Shown here: one piece after another, positions 59,515 to 64,000 of the stretch
How the letters are laid out: every line of letters starts with the position of its first letter
Position numbering within the stretch: the stretch's first letter is position 1
Origin: an uncultured Actinomycetota bacterium
GTDB lineage: Bacteria; Actinomycetota; Actinomycetes; JAHEKZ01
Reading direction: 5' to 3'
Length of the DNA stretch: 64,000 nt
NCBI GenBank assembly: GCA_963743915.1
Contig: CAVURN010000002.1
Span: 640,001 to 704,000, forward strand
The notes under the pieces: generated by a model
The model's database searches: none
Told to the model about the DNA's origin: nothing
The model's input: only the letters and a program-made list of their open reading frames with translations
Made by a program: the position numbers and the translations under genes

Positions 59515-60597
59515 ATGGACTGGCAGATCATGGTGGACGACATCCTCAAGACCTATGCCCCGATGGTGGACACCACGCTGTGGTGGCCGCCGCCGGCAGC
59601 GCAGGATGCCCCTCGGCACCTCCCCCCGGCGAGCAGCCTTCATCTCCGCGCTCTCGACACCCGTGATCCGGGCGCCCTGAAGGGCGTCTTCGACGAGTAC
59701 TGGCCCGCCTATCGTCGATGGTTCGAACGCCCAGAGCCCCGCCCCCGGGCGTCGCTGGCTCAGAGCCGCCGTGCGCTGGCCGAGCACATGCCCGAGCTGC
59801 TCCCCGTGTGGGAGGACCTGGTGCAGGAGCTCGATCCCACGGACGACGTCGCCGCTCGGTTCCTGTCCGAGTGGGATCCGCCGCCCTTGACGAGCAACTG
59901 CTCTCAGGCCGTCCTGCGGGACGGCCGTCTCGTGCGCAACTACGACTACGACCCTGCCCTCTTCGACGCGGTCGTGCTCCGCTCGCACTGGCTTCGTCCG
60001 GTGATCGGGACTGCCGACCAGGTGTGGGGGCTGCTCGACGGCATGAACGACGCAGGGTTGATCGTCTCGTTCACCTTCGGGGGACGTCCCGACGTGGGAG
60101 TCGGATTCGGCATTCCACTGGTGGTCCGTTACGTCCTGGAGACCTGCACCACGACCCGACAGGCCACTGACGTGCTGCGGCGGATTCCGATTCACGTGGC
60201 ATACAACGTGACGGTCACCGATGCCTCCGGCGACAGTGCCACCGTGTTCGTAGGACCGTCCCGCCCGGTACGGGTGACGTCCCACCGGGCGACGACCAAC
60301 CACCAGGAGCAGGTCGACTGGCCCGAGCACGCCACCCGTTTCCTCAGTGTGGAACGCCTGGATGAGCTCGAGCGAGCCGTCGAGAGCGGCGACGACGTGG
60401 TGGACGTCATGCTCCGTCCGCCCATGCGTGCTGACCGCTTCGCCGACGGTTTCGTCACCCTGTTCACGGCCGAGTACGACCGGCGCGTCCTGGAGGTGAC
60501 GTACCACTGGCCCGGCCAGCGCTGGACCCAGCCCTTGGAAGGACCACTTGATCGCACGATCTCGGTGGACCTGGCCGCGGTTCCGGTCGCGGCCTGA
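59515..60597 (+). CDS. C45 family Ntn autoproteolytic acyltransferase/hydrolase
   Basis: HMPEL, NCSQ cleavage-site Cys, VRNYDY, LDGMNDAGL, TNHQ; start uncertain. Confidence 0.82.
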   Translation: MDWQIMVDDILKTYAPMVDTTLWWPPPAAQDAPRHLPPASSLHLRALDTRDPGALKGVFDEYWPAYRRWFERPEPRPRASLAQSRRALAEHMPELLPVWEDLVQELDPTDDVAARFLSEWDPPPLTSNCSQAVLRDGRLVRNYDYDPALFDAVVLRSHWLRPVIGTADQVWGLLDGMNDAGLIVSFTFGGRPDVGVGFGIPLVVRYVLETCTTTRQATDVLRRIPIHVAYNVTVTDASGDSATVFVGPSRPVRVTSHRATTNHQEQVDWPEHATRFLSVERLDELERAVESGDDVVDVMLRPPMRADRFADGFVTLFTAEYDRRVLEVTYHWPGQRWTQPLEGPLDRTISVDLAAVPVAA

Positions 60598-60607
60598 GCA
60601 GGACGTG

Positions 60608-60949
60608 TCAGCGTCCGGTTCGCATCCGCCACGCGTCCGTCACCAGCTCGCGCAGCCTCGCGACGCTCACCTGATCGAGACGGAGCAGGACCAGTGGCCA
60701 TCCGTCGTACTCCGGCGTGCTGAAGAAGACGTCCGGCTCACCGAGAACCAGCGCCTGCTTCTCCGCCTCGTCGCCGACGTAGACGACGGCGATGTCACTG
60801 CGGATGATCCGCGGCTTGCCTGGTCGACGCTCGGGATACGACCACACGAACCCCTTGCCGAGCACACGGAAGTCGAACCCGTCGCTGTCGATCTCCACGA
60901 CGTCCTCCAGGGCCAGAGCGAGCCGCCGGACGTCGTCCGCGTCAGCCAT
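60608..60949 (-). CDS. MmcQ/YjbR family DNA-binding protein
   Basis: DDVRRLALAL, FRVLGKGF, FFSTPEYDGWPLVLLRL, ELVTDAW. Confidence 0.88.
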   Translation of the reverse strand: MADADDVRRLALALEDVVEIDSDGFDFRVLGKGFVWSYPERRPGKPRIIRSDIAVVYVGDEAEKQALVLGEPDVFFSTPEYDGWPLVLLRLDQVSVARLRELVTDAWRMRTGR

Positions 60950-61111
60950 GGCACTTGCTCGGTCGTCTGTGGGTCACGTCGCCCAGGCTATTCAGCCGCA
61001 GCACCCAAGGGAGCCAGTCGGCCGTGACTTCGTGAACAACCGATTGCGGGTTCAGCTCACCGAATAGGCTCCGGCTATCGACCCCTGCGAGATAGGGCAG
61101 GTCAGCGCCCC

Positions 61112-63692
61112 GTGACAACGCCACCGGAGATCCACATCCGGACGCCTGACCAGCGTCTGCGTGTCTTCGTGTCCTCCGCCTTGGGTGAGCTCGCCGACGA
61201 ACGGCTCGCCGTGCGACGCGCCATCGAGGCGCTCCGGCTCACGCCCTGTCATGTTCGAGATGGGAGCTCGGCCGTACCCGCCAAGGGCCCTGTATCGCGC
61301 GTATCTCGAGCAGAGCCACGTCTTCCTAGGCATCTACTGGCAGTCGTACGGCTGGGTGGCTCCGGATGAAGAGGTCTCCGGACTCGAGGACGAGTACCGG
61401 CTCTCGGGCGAGCACCCGAGGTTGGTGTACATCCGGCGACCCGCCGCAGAACGGCAGGAGCGCCTCGATCTCCTGCTTCGGCTCATCGAGGCCGACGACC
61501 AGGCGTCCTACCGCCAGTTCTCCAGCTCCGACGAGCTCGAGCGGCTGGTCCAGGACGACCTGATGGTGCTGTTGACCGAGCGCTTCGAGGCGGTCAAGTC
61601 ACCCTCACCTGCCCCGCAGCGGACCGTGACTGAGCCGCCGGTCCCATTGACCCCGATCCTCGGTAGAGACACCGAGGTCGACGAGATCCGACGTCTCCTC
61701 GGGGACGGATGTCGCGTGCTCACGCTCCTGGGCCCCGGCGGTGTCGGCAAGAGCCGGCTGGCACTCGAAGCGTGTCGGCCGCCGAGTCTGACGACGTTCG
61801 ACTCCGTCGCGTTCGTCTCACTGGAGACAGTTGACGATCCGTCAGACGTCATTCGGGTGGTGGCACGGAGCATCGGCGCCACGATCGAGGGCGCTCAAAG
61901 CCCACTGGATGCCGTGATCCAGTCACTGGCGGGTCAGCGAATGCTGTTGCTCGTGGACAACTTCGAGCAGGTTGTGGAGGCCAGCGCTGAACTGACCAGC
62001 CTGCTCGAAGCCTGCCCTGGGGTGAGTGCGGTCGTGACGAGCCGCAGACCGTTGAGGGTGCGAGGGGAGCACCAGTTCATGGTCCAGCCCCTGGCCCTTC
62101 CTCATCTGCCATCCGCCACGACAATCCCCGAACCCGACCCCAGAGCAGCGTCAGAATCGCCGGCAGTCGCCCTCTTCGTCGAACGCGCGCAGCGGGTGAG
62201 CCCAGGTTTTCTACTGGAGGAAGGCAACGTAGGAACGGTGGCCGCTCTGGTGCATCGACTGGACGGGCTCCCCCTCGCCATCGAGCTCGCCGCTGCCAGG
62301 GTGAAGATGCTCGAACCCCGCCAGATGCTTGAGCGTCTCGAGCGTGGCATCGAGGTGTCCATGACGGCTGGCACTGATGTGCCCGAAAGACAGCGCACCC
62401 TGCGGGCGACGCTCGAGTGGAGCTGTGCTCTGCTGACTCCCGCACAGCAGACTCTGCTGGCACGACTGAGCGTCTTCGCAGACGGAGCGACGCTCGAGGC
62501 CATCGAGTCCGTCTGTTCGGGCGTCCCAGTGGTGGACGTGCTGGACGACCTGTCGGCGCTCCTGGACAACGGGCTCCTACGTGCCGACCGGGAACGTATC
62601 GACGGTCAGCCACGGTTCACGTTGCTGTTGACTGTCCGGGAGTTCGCCGCCGACCAGCTCTCGAGCAGCGGCGAAGCAGCAGCGGTGACCACGCGCTTCC
62701 TCGACTGGGCGCTGCAGACCGCCACCCTGGGCGATCCTGTCGTGTATCGCGATGCACCCGGTCGCTGGCCGGAGCTTCTGGTGGAGGCGCGCAACCTGCA
62801 GAAGGCAGCTCGCCTGCTGTTGGAGACCGGTGACTGGCGAGGTTTCACCGTGCTGGCGTGGGGAACCTTCCACTGGATCTACCGCTTCGGGGACATGAGG
62901 GTCTTTGCGAGTTGGGCAGAGCAGGCCCTGGCCCAGGCCGGCGATCCTCAGAGCGACGGTGACCGAGCCGCGGCGGCACGCTTGCGCTCGGGCGTGTCCT
63001 GGGCACGCTTCCTGCTCGGGGACGTCGCCGGCTCGCTGGCCGTCCAAGAGCCGCTTGACCTCGACGTGGTCGCCGCATCAGACCCCGCGTGTGCCGCACT
63101 GCTGCTGAACTCGCGTGCACTTGGTCTGCTCCAGGCGGACGGTGGGGCAGAGGCTCGCGATGCCGCCCTTCGATCACTCGCTCTGGCCGAGCTCTCGGGT
63201 TTCGACGCAGTGAGCGCCTACGTCCACTCGTTCCTGGCCAACCTGGAGCTGATCAGTGGCGACTTCACCTCCGCTGAGCAGCACTGCTTGCGGTGTGTGT
63301 CCATTGCGCATGACATCGGGTTACCAGCCCTAGCCGGGCAGCAGTACGGCGTTCTGGCGCTGGTCGAGATCGCGCAGGGCCGCCTCGCTGACGGACGGGC
63401 ACACCTCGCCACTGCCTTCGATGCTGCCCGGATCGAAGCGAGCCTGGTCGATGCCGCGGTACTCCTGGCGAACGTAGCCGTTCTGGCGGCAGTGGAAGGC
63501 AGGGAGAACGACGCAATCCGCCTTCGGCGGGTGGCGGACGCGACGATGGCTCGATTGGGGCTCGCCCACTGGCCCATGCTCGAAGACGCACGGCGGGCAG
63601 CGATGGGAGGAGAGATGCCCGAAGACGCGGGGACCGACGGTGCGGCTGACCCTCATCCTTGGGACGAGCTCGCGAGGGAATTGCGTCAGTGA
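61112..63692 (+). CDS. DUF4062-STAND ATPase-TPR protein, frameshift near 61246
   Basis: RVFVSS..ELADER..FLGIYWQSYG..SGLEDEY; GPGGVGKS, LLVDNFEQ, TSRRPL, LDGLPLAIELAAAR; helical repeat C-terminus. Confidence 0.88.
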
Positions 63693-63717
63693 CGTGGCCG
63701 GTGAGCAGGCACCGTGA

Positions 63718-64000
63718 CTACCAGTTGAAGCCGGGTGGCACCGGAGAGCACAGCTGCTGAGCCAGAGAGCGCAACTCCGCTCGTACGTCCTGGTATGACG
63801 GGTCATTGGTCACATTGGTCAGCTCGTTCGGGTCGACGACATAGTCGTACAGCTCAGATCCGGCGTCGTCGTCGTACTCGACGAACATGTAGCGCTGGGT
63901 ACGGACACCGCAGTAGGCAGGATGTCCGACATTCGCTGTGCTCGACTCCCGAGCCATCTGCTCGAGCAACGTCTCTGTCCGGTCACCGTCGAACACCGAG
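63718..64000 (-). CDS. Sulfatase, C-terminal fragment (5' part outside window)
   Basis: YCGVRTQRYMFVEY..ELYDYVVDPNELTN. Confidence 0.72.
   Translation of the reverse strand, partial: SVFDGDRTETLLEQMARESSTANVGHPAYCGVRTQRYMFVEYDDDAGSELYDYVVDPNELTNVTNDPSYQDVRAELRSLAQQLCSPVPPGFNW

Noticed and set aside
1-64000. CRISPR array, IS element, integrase or prophage
   Set aside because: No regularly spaced repeats and no transposase, integrase or phage motifs seen; the only tandem repeat is coding sequence in Ku

Overview
High-GC actinobacterial chromosome segment (accD/DUF3145 neighbourhood, Ku, tRNA-Ile2) with about 55 CDS, one tRNA, and no CRISPR array, transposase or integrase. Many genes carry single-base frameshifts, densest at 9.2-15.2 kb; these are most likely assembly errors. 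Main blocks: (i) an IclR-linked carnitine/gamma-butyrobetaine catabolic cluster with an antisense thioesterase paralog inside the operon; (ii) a 17.7-25.8 kb module (K+ channel, P1B-5 ATPase-hemerythrin, RPH/PPDK-like PEP/ATP phosphotransferase with a coupled membrane protein, membrane-anchored PhoD) whose promoters carry a DosR/OsdR-like palindrome at about -42.5; (iii) a divergent urease-like UreAB/UreC pair with a remodelled active site and no accessory genes, near a polyamine-type ABC transporter, amidohydrolase, GNAT and class III aminotransferase; (iv) two stress clusters with about eight SigB/SigF-type promoters, including Ku, a stand-alone LigD polymerase and topoisomerase IB, beside a Zn-ribbon microprotein with a PafBC-type promoter; (v) secreted proteins (lysyl oxidase-like, vanadium haloperoxidase-like, Tat PHP hydrolase, apparently inactivated DUF1524 nuclease-LamG fusion) and a DUF4062-STAND-TPR NLR-like protein. 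All family calls come from reading motifs by eye; no database search was run.
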